Assembly: GCA_964612655.1 (NCBI GenBank)
Contig: CAZTDG010000002.1
Span: 14,957-54,860, forward strand
Source: an uncultured Acidimicrobiales bacterium
GTDB taxonomy: Bacteria > Actinomycetota > Acidimicrobiia > Acidimicrobiales > SHLQ01
Length of the DNA stretch: 39,904 bases
Direction: 5' to 3'
The position numbers and the translations under genes were made by a program. Of the stretch, positions 1-8,845 are shown one piece after another. Numbering within the stretch: the first letter of the stretch is position 1; each line of letters opens with the position of its first letter. The notes under the pieces are model-generated. The model saw only the letters and a list, made by a program, of their open reading frames with translations. It ran no database searches and was not told the DNA's origin.

Positions 1-118
1 GCGGGAGCCTCAGCAACTGGAGCGGGAGCCTCAGCAACTGGAGCGGGAGCCTCAGCAACTGGAGCGGGAGCCTCAGCAACTGGAGCGGGAGCCTCAGCAA
101 CTGGAGCGGGAGCCTCAG
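1..118. repeat. 21-bp tandem repeat (unit gcgggagcctcagcaactgga), 5 perfect copies plus a 13-nt partial copy; the array may continue beyond the window edge
   Basis: Direct reading gives identical copies at 1-21, 22-42, 43-63, 64-84 and 85-105, and a partial copy at 106-118. The unit is 7 codons, in frame with the minus-strand CDS (PVAEAPA). Confidence 0.95.
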
Positions 119-821
119 GTGCAGCTGCGGGTGCAGGAACCTCTGCGACCGGCTCAGGAGCAGGTGCTGCTGGTGCCGGTGCGGGTGTAGGGGGTTCGAT
201 CGTCTCGGCGAGAAAGTTCTCTGCTGCTGGAGGTGCGGTATCGAATGGCGCGTCGATTCCCATGTCCATCGGGTCTTGGGCGCTGACCTCGATCAATCCA
301 GCGTTGGCCATCTCAAAGGCCATGGTCGAAGCATCGAGCAGGCTGCTCTCAGTCTCGGACGCAAGCTGTAGTGGTGTGGCGCCGCCGCCGATTCGGTCGA
401 GGGCGTCCCACCATTCAGGTTGAATGGTTACGGAGCCATCGAGCGATGGATTTCGGCTCAGCATGTGACCCGGGGTTGGGATGACGGTCTCGACCTCAGC
501 CCATTGCTCAGCGATCTCCGCTGTGCGGGAGAGCACCGATCCCACCTCTTCTGCATCGCCGTTCGACTCGGGTACGACATCTTCGTCGAAGAAGAAGGAC
601 CCTTCGAGCTCGGCCAAGACGTAATAGGTCGCCTCGGCGGCATCGATGCCGGACTCTCGAATGAAGCTGTAATCGTTGCCCACAACGTCACCATCAGCGA
701 ACTGATAGGTGGTCGAGCCCATTTCGGTGGTGATCTCAAGTTGCCCAGTTGCCTCGCGATTAGCGAGGAACTCCAGCACTTCGGTGATCCCGAGCGTCTT
801 CAAGGTTCCTTGCAGTGACAT
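1..821 (-). CDS. DUF4388-like domain protein with Pro/Ala-rich C-terminal heptad-repeat region (3' end runs off the window; absent from the supplied ORF track)
   Basis: Manual minus-strand translation from ATG at 821-819 gives MSLQGTLKTLGITEVLEFLANREATGQLEITTEMGSTTYQFADGDVVGN... The frame stays open to position 1 and ends in PAPAPAAPAPEPVAEVPAPAAAPEAPA(PVAEAPA)n. The N-terminal G-L..(l)..vL.fL....tG.L pattern resembles DUF4388. Confidence 0.6.
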   Translation of the reverse strand, partial: MSLQGTLKTLGITEVLEFLANREATGQLEITTEMGSTTYQFADGDVVGNDYSFIRESGIDAAEATYYVLAELEGSFFFDEDVVPESNGDAEEVGSVLSRTAEIAEQWAEVETVIPTPGHMLSRNPSLDGSVTIQPEWWDALDRIGGGATPLQLASETESSLLDASTMAFEMANAGLIEVSAQDPMDMGIDAPFDTAPPAAENFLAETIEPPTPAPAPAAPAPEPVAEVPAPAAAPEAPAPVAEAPAPVAEAPAPVAEAPAPVAEAPAPVAEAP

Positions 822-906
822 AGTTCGTACCCCGGCGGTAATGGTCGACTCCGATTCCATCGGCACGGGGCGTCAAAATTTCAAGAAAATCTCGATTGCG
901 TAGAAA

Positions 907-1713
907 TTAACCGTCCTGTGCAGCCCGAATGAGCGTCTCCAGGGGCGGCACCGAGCCCGTCCACGCACTGAATTGCGACGAGGCTTGCCCGGCCAACATG
1001 GCTAGCCCGTTGACCGCTGTCAGTCCCCGTGCTCGCGCTGCAACCAGCAACGGCGTGTCGAGCGGCGAATAAACGATGTCCACGACAACCGCGTCGTTCT
1101 GAAGATCGTCGACTGCAAAGGCGAGCTGGCCTGCCCCAGGGGTCTCGGCCATGCCGATCGGGGTGGCGTTGACGACGATGTTCGCTTGGCCCAAATCCTC
1201 CAACCCGACCACCGTCGCAACCTCGGGCGCCACCGCAGCTGCGGTCGCCGCACGTTCACTCGATCGGGCCACCACGCCAATGCTGGTTGCGCCAGCGCGG
1301 GCACATCCGTCGATGATCGCTCGGGCAGCCCCACCTGATCCGTAGACAAGAACCGACTTGGCCGCGACCGCTTCGCCTGTGGTGTGCTCGAAGCCCAGCA
1401 CGAAACCGTCGCCGTCGGTGTTATTGCCCACGATGACACCATCGGTGTTGGTGAGATGGTTGACCGCTCCGAGTCGCTCGGCGGCGGGCGTGAGTTCATC
1501 ACACGCGGAGATCACCGCTTCCTTATGCGGCATCGTGACTGACAGGCCACGGATACCTAACGGACGCATCGCCTCCACCGCTCGGGCGCCATCGCCAGGC
1601 GCTACCGCGAAGCGGGTGTAGTCGAGGTCGACTCCGGTCGCATTCGCGGCCGCGAGATGAATTGCGGGCGAGCGCGAGTGTTCAACCGGCCAGCCGATTA
1701 CTCCTGCAAGCAT
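907..1713 (-). CDS. aroE: shikimate dehydrogenase
   Basis: The ORF 907..2013 was trimmed to the ATG at 1713, because the upstream part overlaps mltG. The product starts MLAGVIGWPVEHSRSPAIHLAA...GLSVTMPHKEAV...NTDGDGF...GSGGAARA, which are typical AroE motifs. Confidence 0.9.
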   Translation of the reverse strand: MLAGVIGWPVEHSRSPAIHLAAANATGVDLDYTRFAVAPGDGARAVEAMRPLGIRGLSVTMPHKEAVISACDELTPAAERLGAVNHLTNTDGVIVGNNTDGDGFVLGFEHTTGEAVAAKSVLVYGSGGAARAIIDGCARAGATSIGVVARSSERAATAAAVAPEVATVVGLEDLGQANIVVNATPIGMAETPGAGQLAFAVDDLQNDAVVVDIVYSPLDTPLLVAARARGLTAVNGLAMLAGQASSQFSAWTGSVPPLETLIRAAQDG

Positions 1714-1720
1714 CGCCGGC

Positions 1721-3244
1721 CTAGCAGCCGAGGCCACGCTCACGACAGATCGCAACGTTAGCCGCGTGCTCTCCTGCAGTGACTGCGAAGGAGTGGCTAC
1801 CCGGACCGTTTTCGTCGGTGAGCACGTAGAAGAGCCAGTCGCCCTCATCTGGTTGCAATGCGGCGCGCAGTGATGCTTCACCCGGGGATGCGATCGGCGT
1901 TGGCGGCAGACCGAGGTTCGACAAGTTACGGGTGTTCCACGGCGAATCGCTCTGCAGGTCCTCTTGGGTGAGATCAGCACACGGCTTTTGTGCTGCGTAG
2001 CAGGAGCTCGCATCGATACCGAGACTCTCTCCGGTGAGCAGACGGTTGTAAATCACTCGGGAGATCATGCCGAGATCTTGCTCGACTTGGTATTCCTCCT
2101 CAATGAGGGAGGCCAGCGTGATGATCTCGTAGTCGGTCAGACCGAGTTCCTCGATCACCGGCGCTTTGCCGAACTCGGAAACGAGGCTGGTGTATCGCTC
2201 TTCCATGGTGTCGGCCATGCGTCGGAGGATGTCGCGAGTGTTGTCGCTGTCGCGTTCATCGATCTGGTACGTGGCGGGGAACAGCAAGCCTTCGAGCCCG
2301 GAGTTGGTTGGGTCCGGGCTGTCGACGATCGGGTTCTCTGGCACGCCCTCGAGATCTACCGCGACGAGATCCGCGAGGAGGTCTTGTCGAAGGGCGGCTT
2401 CGTCCCATGCCGGATTCTGGCGGTTCAAGACATCGATAATGTCGACGAGTCGAAGACCTTCGGGGATCGTTACCGAGAAGAAGCTCGGCGGTACAGGCCC
2501 TTGACCATCGAGGCAGTCGAGCGCCTCATCGAAGGACATGTTCTCCTGGAGGCACGTGTATTCGCCAGCTTGGAAATCGCTCGACGCGTTGTCGGCCACC
2601 CAGTAGCGGAACAAGGTCGGGTTCGCGATGACGCCTTGTGCGAACAGATCCTGCGTGACGTCATTTGCTGTGGCACCAGATGCGATCTCGAAATCGACCA
2701 ACTCACCGGGCTCACCAGGAGGGTCGAACTGGTTGTCCCACCAGGTGGTCACGCGAGAGGTAACGGTGAAGATTCCGACGACGGCTACGAAGCCGACAAG
2801 AAGGAATCGAAGCGTCGGGCCCATGCGACGAGGCACACGTACCCAATCACGACGGTCGATGACCTCAACGGGCGGCTCGTGCTCGTCGACGAGGACCGCC
2901 TGAACGACAACCGGTTCGGGCTCGACATGCTCGACCACGATCGGCGTCGCCCCGAAGACGTCGTCGGGCGCAGCTTCGAAGAGTGGCGCTGGTTCGGCAC
3001 CGACGGCCGATCCGACTTTCTCACGTTCGGCGCGCTGTTGACGCTTCGCGGTCGGGGTCTGCGGTTGGGTCGGACGCGGACCTGGCTGGGGGCGTCGCGG
3101 TCCTGGCTTAGGACGGCTTAGGCCCGTCACGCCGGGCTTTGGGCCTGGAGCCGAGCGGTTGGGTTCAGATTGAACGGGACCAAATCGGCTCAACAGTTTG
3201 TCGACGTTGGAGTCTTCGTTCTTGGGGGGTGTCTGATCAGCCAT
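1721..3244 (-). CDS. mltG: endolytic murein transglycosylase MltG (YceG-like) with Pro-rich N-terminal extension and one TM segment
   Basis: YceG motifs are present: LEGLLFPATYQI, ASLIEEE, VIYNRL, SPWNTR..GLPPTPIASPG. I prefer the ATG at 3244 (MADQTPP...), which forms an ATGGCTGA overlap with the ruvX stop. A TTG at 3259 is an alternative start. Confidence 0.88.
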   Translation of the reverse strand: MADQTPPKNEDSNVDKLLSRFGPVQSEPNRSAPGPKPGVTGLSRPKPGPRRPQPGPRPTQPQTPTAKRQQRAEREKVGSAVGAEPAPLFEAAPDDVFGATPIVVEHVEPEPVVVQAVLVDEHEPPVEVIDRRDWVRVPRRMGPTLRFLLVGFVAVVGIFTVTSRVTTWWDNQFDPPGEPGELVDFEIASGATANDVTQDLFAQGVIANPTLFRYWVADNASSDFQAGEYTCLQENMSFDEALDCLDGQGPVPPSFFSVTIPEGLRLVDIIDVLNRQNPAWDEAALRQDLLADLVAVDLEGVPENPIVDSPDPTNSGLEGLLFPATYQIDERDSDNTRDILRRMADTMEERYTSLVSEFGKAPVIEELGLTDYEIITLASLIEEEYQVEQDLGMISRVIYNRLLTGESLGIDASSCYAAQKPCADLTQEDLQSDSPWNTRNLSNLGLPPTPIASPGEASLRAALQPDEGDWLFYVLTDENGPGSHSFAVTAGEHAANVAICRERGLGC

Positions 3245-3668
3245 GACGTGTCTTGTCAATCCATCCTTGGAGAATCACTTGAGCGGCAACCATGTCCACC
3301 ATGTTTCGGCGGTCACGTCCGGGAACCTGTTGCTCGTCGAGAATGCGGTGAGCCTCGACGGTCGTCAATCGCTCATCGTAGGTCACGAGAGGCACCGGCA
3401 GGGTGGCACCTAGCCTTTTAACGATGGCGCGAACACGCTTCGCGGCGTGCCCTTCGCTGCCGTCGAGCCCGTATGGCATACCGACTACCACGATTGTCAC
3501 CTGCCATTCTTCGACGAGTCTCGCAATGCGTTCATCTGCCTGGGCACGATCCTTGGCGGCAATTACCTCCAGAGGGGTCGCTACCGCCCGGGAGTCGTCG
3601 GTAATCGCCACCCCGATGCGCTCCTCGCCCAAGTCGAGGCCGAGGGCTCTCCCCGTTGAGGTGGTCAC
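3237..3668 (-). CDS. ruvX: Holliday-junction-resolvase-like pre-16S rRNA nuclease RuvX/YqgF
   Basis: The product contains GLDLGEERIGVAITD...VVGMPYGLDGSEG...DERLTTVEA. The start was trimmed to the GTG at 3668-3666, which overlaps the alaS stop (GTGA). The longer ORF-track N-terminus is Arg-rich and lies inside alaS. Confidence 0.88.
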   Translation of the reverse strand: MTTSTGRALGLDLGEERIGVAITDDSRAVATPLEVIAAKDRAQADERIARLVEEWQVTIVVVGMPYGLDGSEGHAAKRVRAIVKRLGATLPVPLVTYDERLTTVEAHRILDEQQVPGRDRRNMVDMVAAQVILQGWIDKTRHG

Positions 3669-6229
3669 CCGATTCCTGCAGCCTCGCGAAGTTGATCCAG
3701 TGCAGCGTCGAGTTGTCCAGCGTCGCGACCGCCCATCACCGTAAGGTCGGGGGCCTTCTTTCCGCCGCCGCCGACAGTCTTGGCCGCCGGAGCAAGCCAC
3801 TCACCGGCATGCAGAGGCGAGTCTTCGGTGACCGCACCAGCTAGCGCTACGCCCTTTTCGAGCGCGGCACCAAGGGCCACCGCCGATACGCCCTTGTCGC
3901 GGATCGCAACAGCGAGATCACGAAGCGAGTCTCGGTCGAGCCCGTCAATGCGGGCGACGACGACACCGTCGACGGCCGACGCGGCAAGCTCGTCGGCACG
4001 CCCGACCGCGGACTGGCGCTTTGCCGTAGCCAGTTCCTTCTTGAGATCCGCCAACTCCTGCATGCGACGATCCACACCGTTGATGACATCGTCGACGGGC
4101 ACCCCGAGGACGCCTGCGATCGAAGCGGTGGTGGCTTGTTCGTTGCGGAGCAAGTCCACGGTGCTCGAACCCGTTACGGCTTCGACTCGTCGAACGTTCG
4201 AACCGATCGAGCTCTCGGAGACAATCTTCAACAGGCCGATATCGCCCAGCGCGTGGACGTGCGTGCCACCGCATAACTCGATGGAGTTCGGCCCTGCCTC
4301 GAGCACGCGCACCACGTCGCCGTACTTGTCGCCAAAGAACGCTATGGCACCCTTCGCCTGGGCATCCTCCATTGCCATCTCTTCATGGTTCGTCGTGGGG
4401 TTGGCGAGCACATCGGCGTTCACTAGGTCTTCGATCTCTTGGATCTGATCCTGCGTGACCTGCTCAAAGTGGCTGAAGTCGAATCGGAGGCGTTCGGGAC
4501 CGACCATCGAACCCTGCTGTTGCACGTGGTCGCCGAGCACCGACCGCAATGCCGAATGCAATAGGTGTGTGCCCGTGTGGTTGCGGCGAATCGCTGCACG
4601 GCGATCCGTGTCGATCGAGGCCACAACCGAATCGCCGACCGACAAGACGCTGTCAGCACCTGCAGCGTGATGCAGATGCAAGGTTGGAACCGCGTAGGTG
4701 CAATCGGCGACGGTGACCGCGCCGTTCGGGCCGGTGATGGTCCCGATGTCGCCGATCTGTCCGCCGCTCTCCGCGTAGAACGGCGTGGTGTCCAAGACCA
4801 CGCCCTCAGCGCCAACCCACAGAACGGTTGCGGCTACGTCGACGAGCTCGTCGCGGCCGACGAAGTTCGTTGAGCCGTGCTCGTCGATGATCGCAACGAA
4901 CTCCGAGACGTCTGCTGTTACGGCCTTGGACTGTTGATCGGCACGGGCACGCTCTCGTTGCTCGGCCATTGCCGCCTCGAACCCTTCGACATCGACGGTT
5001 CCACCGCGTTCTTCGACGATCTCTTGAGTGAGTTCGAGCGGGAAGCCATGGGTGTCATGCAACTTGAAGGCCACTGCGCCGGGCAAGGCATTGCCGTCGC
5101 CGACTTTGTCCATCTCCATATCGAGGATGTTCAGGCCGGTCTCGATGGTCTGGCGGAACTTGACCTCTTCACGTTCGACCATCTCTTTGATCGTCGCTTC
5201 GTTCTCACGGATATCGGGGTAGTCATCGCCCATGATCTCAACGACCGTCGACACCAGCGACGCCAGCGCGGGCTCGGTGACGCCAAGCAGGTACGCATGG
5301 CGAATCGCTCGACGCATGATTCGACGCAGCACATAGCCCCGGTCTTCGTTTGACGGGAACACCCCGTCGTTGATCATGAACGTGGTCGACCGGGCATGAT
5401 CGGCCAGGATGCGCAGCGAAACGTCGGTCTTTGGGTCAGCCCCGTCGGCCACGCCGGACAGCTCGCTCGCCTTGGCGAGCAGCTTTTTGAACTCGTCGGT
5501 CTCCCACACCGAGCCGACACCTTGGAGCACGGTCAGGATGCGTTCGAGTCCCGCGCCGGTGTCGATGGATGGCTTGGGCAGCGGGATCTGCTCGCCATCA
5601 GGCTGCTGATCGAACTGCATGAACACGAGGTTCCAGATCTCGACGTAGCGAGCATCAGCTTCGGGGTTCTCTGGGCCGCCCTCGGGGCCATATTCGGGGC
5701 CGAGGTCATAGAAGATTTCAGAGCACGGTCCGTTCGGGCCGGTGTCAGCCATGCGCCACCAGTTGTCCTCGTCGAGGCGCTGGATCTTCTCTCGGGGCAC
5801 CCCGACCTTGGTCGCCCAGATTTCCTCGGCCTCATCGTCGGTCAGATGGACCGTGATCCACAGCTTCTCGGGATCGAGCCCGAGGCCATTGGTGAGCAGG
5901 TCCCATGCAAAGGGAATGGCATCTTCCTTGAAGTAGTCGCCGAAACTGAAGTTGCCCATCATCTCGAAGAACGTCAGATGGCGAGCCGTCCTGCCGACCT
6001 CATCGAGGTCGTTGTGCTTACCGCCCGCACGAACACACTTCTGGATCGTCGTCGCTCGGCTGTACGAGGGCTTCTCGACCCCTTGGAAATATGGCTTGAA
6101 GGGCACCATGCCCGAGTTGGTAAACAACAGCGTCTCGTCGTGAGGAATGATGCTCGCCGACGGCACCGCCTCATGGCCGCGCTCGGTGAAGAACTCAGTG
6201 AATGTACGACGAACCTGCTTTGCGTCCAT
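3665..6229 (-). CDS. alaS: alanine--tRNA ligase
   Basis: The product starts MDAKQVRRTFTEFFTERGHEAVPSASIIPHDETLLFTNSGMVPFK... and is full-length AlaRS with the editing-domain HxxxH/CGGTH region (ELCGGTHV). ATG at 6229. Confidence 0.96.
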   Translation of the reverse strand: MDAKQVRRTFTEFFTERGHEAVPSASIIPHDETLLFTNSGMVPFKPYFQGVEKPSYSRATTIQKCVRAGGKHNDLDEVGRTARHLTFFEMMGNFSFGDYFKEDAIPFAWDLLTNGLGLDPEKLWITVHLTDDEAEEIWATKVGVPREKIQRLDEDNWWRMADTGPNGPCSEIFYDLGPEYGPEGGPENPEADARYVEIWNLVFMQFDQQPDGEQIPLPKPSIDTGAGLERILTVLQGVGSVWETDEFKKLLAKASELSGVADGADPKTDVSLRILADHARSTTFMINDGVFPSNEDRGYVLRRIMRRAIRHAYLLGVTEPALASLVSTVVEIMGDDYPDIRENEATIKEMVEREEVKFRQTIETGLNILDMEMDKVGDGNALPGAVAFKLHDTHGFPLELTQEIVEERGGTVDVEGFEAAMAEQRERARADQQSKAVTADVSEFVAIIDEHGSTNFVGRDELVDVAATVLWVGAEGVVLDTTPFYAESGGQIGDIGTITGPNGAVTVADCTYAVPTLHLHHAAGADSVLSVGDSVVASIDTDRRAAIRRNHTGTHLLHSALRSVLGDHVQQQGSMVGPERLRFDFSHFEQVTQDQIQEIEDLVNADVLANPTTNHEEMAMEDAQAKGAIAFFGDKYGDVVRVLEAGPNSIELCGGTHVHALGDIGLLKIVSESSIGSNVRRVEAVTGSSTVDLLRNEQATTASIAGVLGVPVDDVINGVDRRMQELADLKKELATAKRQSAVGRADELAASAVDGVVVARIDGLDRDSLRDLAVAIRDKGVSAVALGAALEKGVALAGAVTEDSPLHAGEWLAPAAKTVGGGGKKAPDLTVMGGRDAGQLDAALDQLREAAGIG

Positions 6230-6315
6230 TCGGGTGAGTTTATCGGTCTGACGCTTTTGGCGGCCGCATGGATTGCCTAGTTGAGCATGCGCAGGCAATG
6301 CAGCCGTGAAGGGCT

Positions 6316-6681
6316 CTAATCGCGGAAGCGACGAGCTCGTTCTCGTAGGCGAGTGATGCCCGGTTGGGAGCGTAATTCGTCACTGCCGACCACCGATAGC
6401 TGCGGCGGTTGATGTGAGGCGAGGTGCGCCTCGGCCTTCTCGGTGAGATCGATGTCTGGCCGTACCTTCTTGACGGCCTTGGTCGCTCCCCGACCCACGG
6501 GTGAGTGAACAGTGCGATCGATCGCCTTGTCGCTCACTTCGGTGACTCGTTTGGTCACTTCGTTGCGCACGGCGTCGGGAAGCACGCGCTCGACCTCTCG
6601 CTTTACCTTCCGCTGCACCCACCAGCTCGACGCGGCGCCACCGGCATACCCAGCGGTCATCCAGAAAATTCGTTTAGGCAT
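6316..6681 (-). CDS. small hypothetical protein with N-terminal hydrophobic segment
   Basis: The product starts MPKRIFWMTAGYAGGAASSWWVQRKVKREVERV... The ATG at 6681 overlaps the rarA stop (ATGCCTAA). The rest of the 245-aa track ORF overlaps rarA and was trimmed. No family recognised. Confidence 0.5.
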   Translation of the reverse strand: MPKRIFWMTAGYAGGAASSWWVQRKVKREVERVLPDAVRNEVTKRVTEVSDKAIDRTVHSPVGRGATKAVKKVRPDIDLTEKAEAHLASHQPPQLSVVGSDELRSQPGITRLRERARRFRD

Positions 6682-7972
6682 CGGGTCTCCGCTCCTTGCT
6701 CCAACGTTCCCACCGAGCTGGTTCTGCTCCGTGATCCGATGGTGTGTAGTACACCTGATCAGCGACCTCAGGTGGGCGATACTGCTGGTCAACCCATCCC
6801 GCGGGGTCGTTGTGAGGGTAACGATAGCCCTTTCCGTGACCCAGACCGGCAGCACCGCTGTAGTGGGCATCTCGTAGGTGCATCGGCACCTCGCCCGTGC
6901 CGGCACTTTGCGCCGCCGACTTCGCAGCAGCACGCGCGGTGGTGAGCGAGTTGGACTTCGGCGCCGTCGCGAGATGAACAACCGCCTGGGTGAGGTTGAA
7001 TTCGGCCTCTGGTAGCCCGACGAACTCCAACGCTTGTGCGGCCGCGTTCGCAATCACGAGCGACATCGGGTCGGCCATGCCCACGTCCTCAGAGGCCAAG
7101 ATCACCAGGCGACGAGCAATGAACCTCGGCGACTCACCAGCGTCGAGCATCCGGTAGAGCCAATAGAGCCCGCCGTCGACGTCGCTACCTCGAATGCTCT
7201 TGATGAACGCGCTGATGACGTCGTAGTGATCGTCCTTGCCATAGCGAATCGCTTTGGTGCCAAGCGCCGCCTCAATGTGCTCCTCCCCGATATCGCCGGG
7301 GGCGTCCGCAGTCTTTGCGACCGCCGCGGCTACTCCGAGGGCGGTTAGGGCTTGACGGCCATCGCCGCTGCTTCGGTCGATGAGTAGCTGAATGGCGTCG
7401 TCATCAGCGGTCGAGCCTTCTGCCTCTAGGCCTCGTTCGATGAGCGCTCGTAGCGCGGCTTCATCGAGCATGTTCAGACGGAACAGCGTCGACCGACTCC
7501 GCAACGCAGCGTTCACCTCGAAGCTTGGGTTCTCGGTGGTGGCGCCGATCAGGCTGATCAATCCGCTCTCTACGCCAGGAAGCAGTGCGTCTTGTTGGCT
7601 CTTGTTGAAGCGGTGCACCTCATCGAGGAACAGGATCGTGCCTTGGCCTTGCTGGCCGAGGCGGTCCTCGGCCCGCTTGAGCACTTCGCGCACGTCCTTT
7701 ACCGACGCACTCACGGCCGACAGCGACTCGAAGGCCCGTGCCGTGCTGCGGGCGATCACCTTCGCGAGCGTGGTCTTACCGGTGCCCGGCGGACCCCAAA
7801 AGATCACCGAGCCGAGCGTGTCGCTCTCGATAAGGCTTCGCAGCGGACGACCGGGGGCAAGTAGATGATCCTGGCCGACGATGTCGTCGAGGCGCGTGGG
7901 CCGAAGTTTGTCGGCCAGCGGGGCGCGTTGGGACTGTTGCTCGGCGGCAGCGGCGGCGAACAGGTCGGTCAT
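6674..7972 (-). CDS. rarA: replication-associated recombination protein A (AAA+ ATPase RarA/MgsA)
   Basis: It has a Walker A motif (GPPGTGKTTLA) and the FLDEVHRFNK box. The C-terminal MgsA domain shows YDVISAFIKSIRGSD...YWL.RML..GE. Confidence 0.95.
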   Translation of the reverse strand: MTDLFAAAAAEQQSQRAPLADKLRPTRLDDIVGQDHLLAPGRPLRSLIESDTLGSVIFWGPPGTGKTTLAKVIARSTARAFESLSAVSASVKDVREVLKRAEDRLGQQGQGTILFLDEVHRFNKSQQDALLPGVESGLISLIGATTENPSFEVNAALRSRSTLFRLNMLDEAALRALIERGLEAEGSTADDDAIQLLIDRSSGDGRQALTALGVAAAVAKTADAPGDIGEEHIEAALGTKAIRYGKDDHYDVISAFIKSIRGSDVDGGLYWLYRMLDAGESPRFIARRLVILASEDVGMADPMSLVIANAAAQALEFVGLPEAEFNLTQAVVHLATAPKSNSLTTARAAAKSAAQSAGTGEVPMHLRDAHYSGAAGLGHGKGYRYPHNDPAGWVDQQYRPPEVADQVYYTPSDHGAEPARWERWSKERRPDA

Positions 7973-7997
7973 CCCCGCACCCTAGCGAGTTGGTTAG

Positions 7998-8729
7998 CTA
8001 CCAACCGCGTGTTTGGAGGAACTCGATCATGGCGTCGGTGGTCTCGGTGAGTGCTGGTTCGTTGTTGAAAAATCCATGGTCGCCTTCGTCGAAAGCGACC
8101 AGTGTGCAATCGGATCCCGCATCGCAGAATTGTTCGGCACTGCTGAAGGCAATGACAGTGTCTTCTCGGCTGTGAAAGGCGATCGTTGGCCTCTCATCCA
8201 GAAACGACGCAGAGGATGCCCCAACCGCTGGATTGAACAACACCACCGCGTCGGTATCGGCACTGGCCTCCACCGCTAGCGCCCCGCCGGCCGATGATCC
8301 GCCGATCGCGAGTCGGTCGGCATCGATGCGAAAGAGATCTGGGTCGCGTTGCAACGCCGCCACAGCATCAACACCATCGGCGATGGCATCGGCACGGGTC
8401 GTACCTTCTGCTGTCACCCGGTACTCGGCAATGATTCCTACGATTCCGGCCTCGGCGAGACGTTCGGCTTGCGCCTGAAACTGCTCCACCCGAGTGTCGG
8501 CGAAACCACCGCCGTGAAACAGCAGTACCGCACCGGCTGGCCCGTCGTTGCTGGCAACGGGTTCGAAGATGTGCAGATGAAGATCACGCTCTGGAGTGGC
8601 CTTGTAGATCTCGACCGTGTCGGCTCCGAGGTCGACCTCGGGATAGCCCGACACTTCAGCGCTTCCGAGCACCGACGCGCAGCCGGTAGAAACGAGCGCG
8701 AAGGCGAGCAACATGATTCGTCTTGCCAT
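7998..8729 (-). CDS. secreted/lipoprotein-type alpha/beta hydrolase (esterase-like)
   Basis: The signal sequence MARRIMLLAFALVSTGCAS has a lipobox-like STGC. An oxyanion-type motif (LLFHGGGF) and a nucleophile elbow (GGSSAGG) are present. The start is ATG 8729 or GTG 8738. Confidence 0.75.
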   Translation of the reverse strand: MARRIMLLAFALVSTGCASVLGSAEVSGYPEVDLGADTVEIYKATPERDLHLHIFEPVASNDGPAGAVLLFHGGGFADTRVEQFQAQAERLAEAGIVGIIAEYRVTAEGTTRADAIADGVDAVAALQRDPDLFRIDADRLAIGGSSAGGALAVEASADTDAVVLFNPAVGASSASFLDERPTIAFHSREDTVIAFSSAEQFCDAGSDCTLVAFDEGDHGFFNNEPALTETTDAMIEFLQTRGW

Positions 8730-8845
8730 GGCCGACACTGTAATCCGGAGGGCCTAAAGGGCAGCGAAACACTCTCCACCGTGGGCCAGATATACCTATT
8801 AATCTGCATGGCCTTTCACCCCACAGGTGATGTACTATCTAGGCC

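Noticed and set aside
1-118. The 21-bp tandem repeat could be a CRISPR array or a satellite.
   Set aside because: The copies are directly adjacent with no spacers. The unit is a multiple of 3 and in frame with an open minus-strand CDS, so this is a coding heptad repeat and not a CRISPR array.
907-2013. Several ORF-track calls carry extended N-termini: aroE 368 aa, ruvX 187 aa, 6316..7053 245 aa, ppx 596 aa, secF 413 aa, yajC 148 aa, tgt 392 aa, queA 447 aa, ruvA 220 aa, paaB 199 aa and paaC 276 aa.
   Set aside because: The extensions overlap the upstream gene and are Arg/Pro/Ser-rich with no family similarity. Internal ATG or GTG starts give family-typical N-termini and the recurrent GTGA, ATGA and ATGnnTGA coupling overlaps.
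1964-3121. A long plus-strand ORF (385 aa) lies antisense to mltG. Similar long antisense ORFs occur at 5396..6280, 12535..13326, 16064..17146, 22925..23812, 34551..35429 and 37572..38462.
   Set aside because: Each lies wholly inside a confidently identified gene on the other strand. Their translations have the Leu/Val/Asp/Glu/Arg/His-rich composition typical of shadow frames in high-GC DNA. None shows a recognisable motif or a plausible start context.
6230-6315. A T-box or other riboswitch leader could lie upstream of the aminoacyl-tRNA synthetase genes alaS, aspS (13855-13883) and hisS (15167-15196).
   Set aside because: The gaps are 86, 29 and 30 nt, far too short for a T-box of about 200 nt. 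No specifier or T-box sequence was seen.
8739-8845. A Zur, IdeR or Nur-type metalloregulator box could lie upstream of the His-rich permease.
   Set aside because: I found no match to the AT-rich Zur palindrome (TGAAAATCATTTTCA-like) or the IdeR box (TTAGGTTAGGCTAACCTAA) as I remember them. Only a short TCACC-N5-GGTGA dyad of unknown meaning is present, and it is noted under the permease finding.
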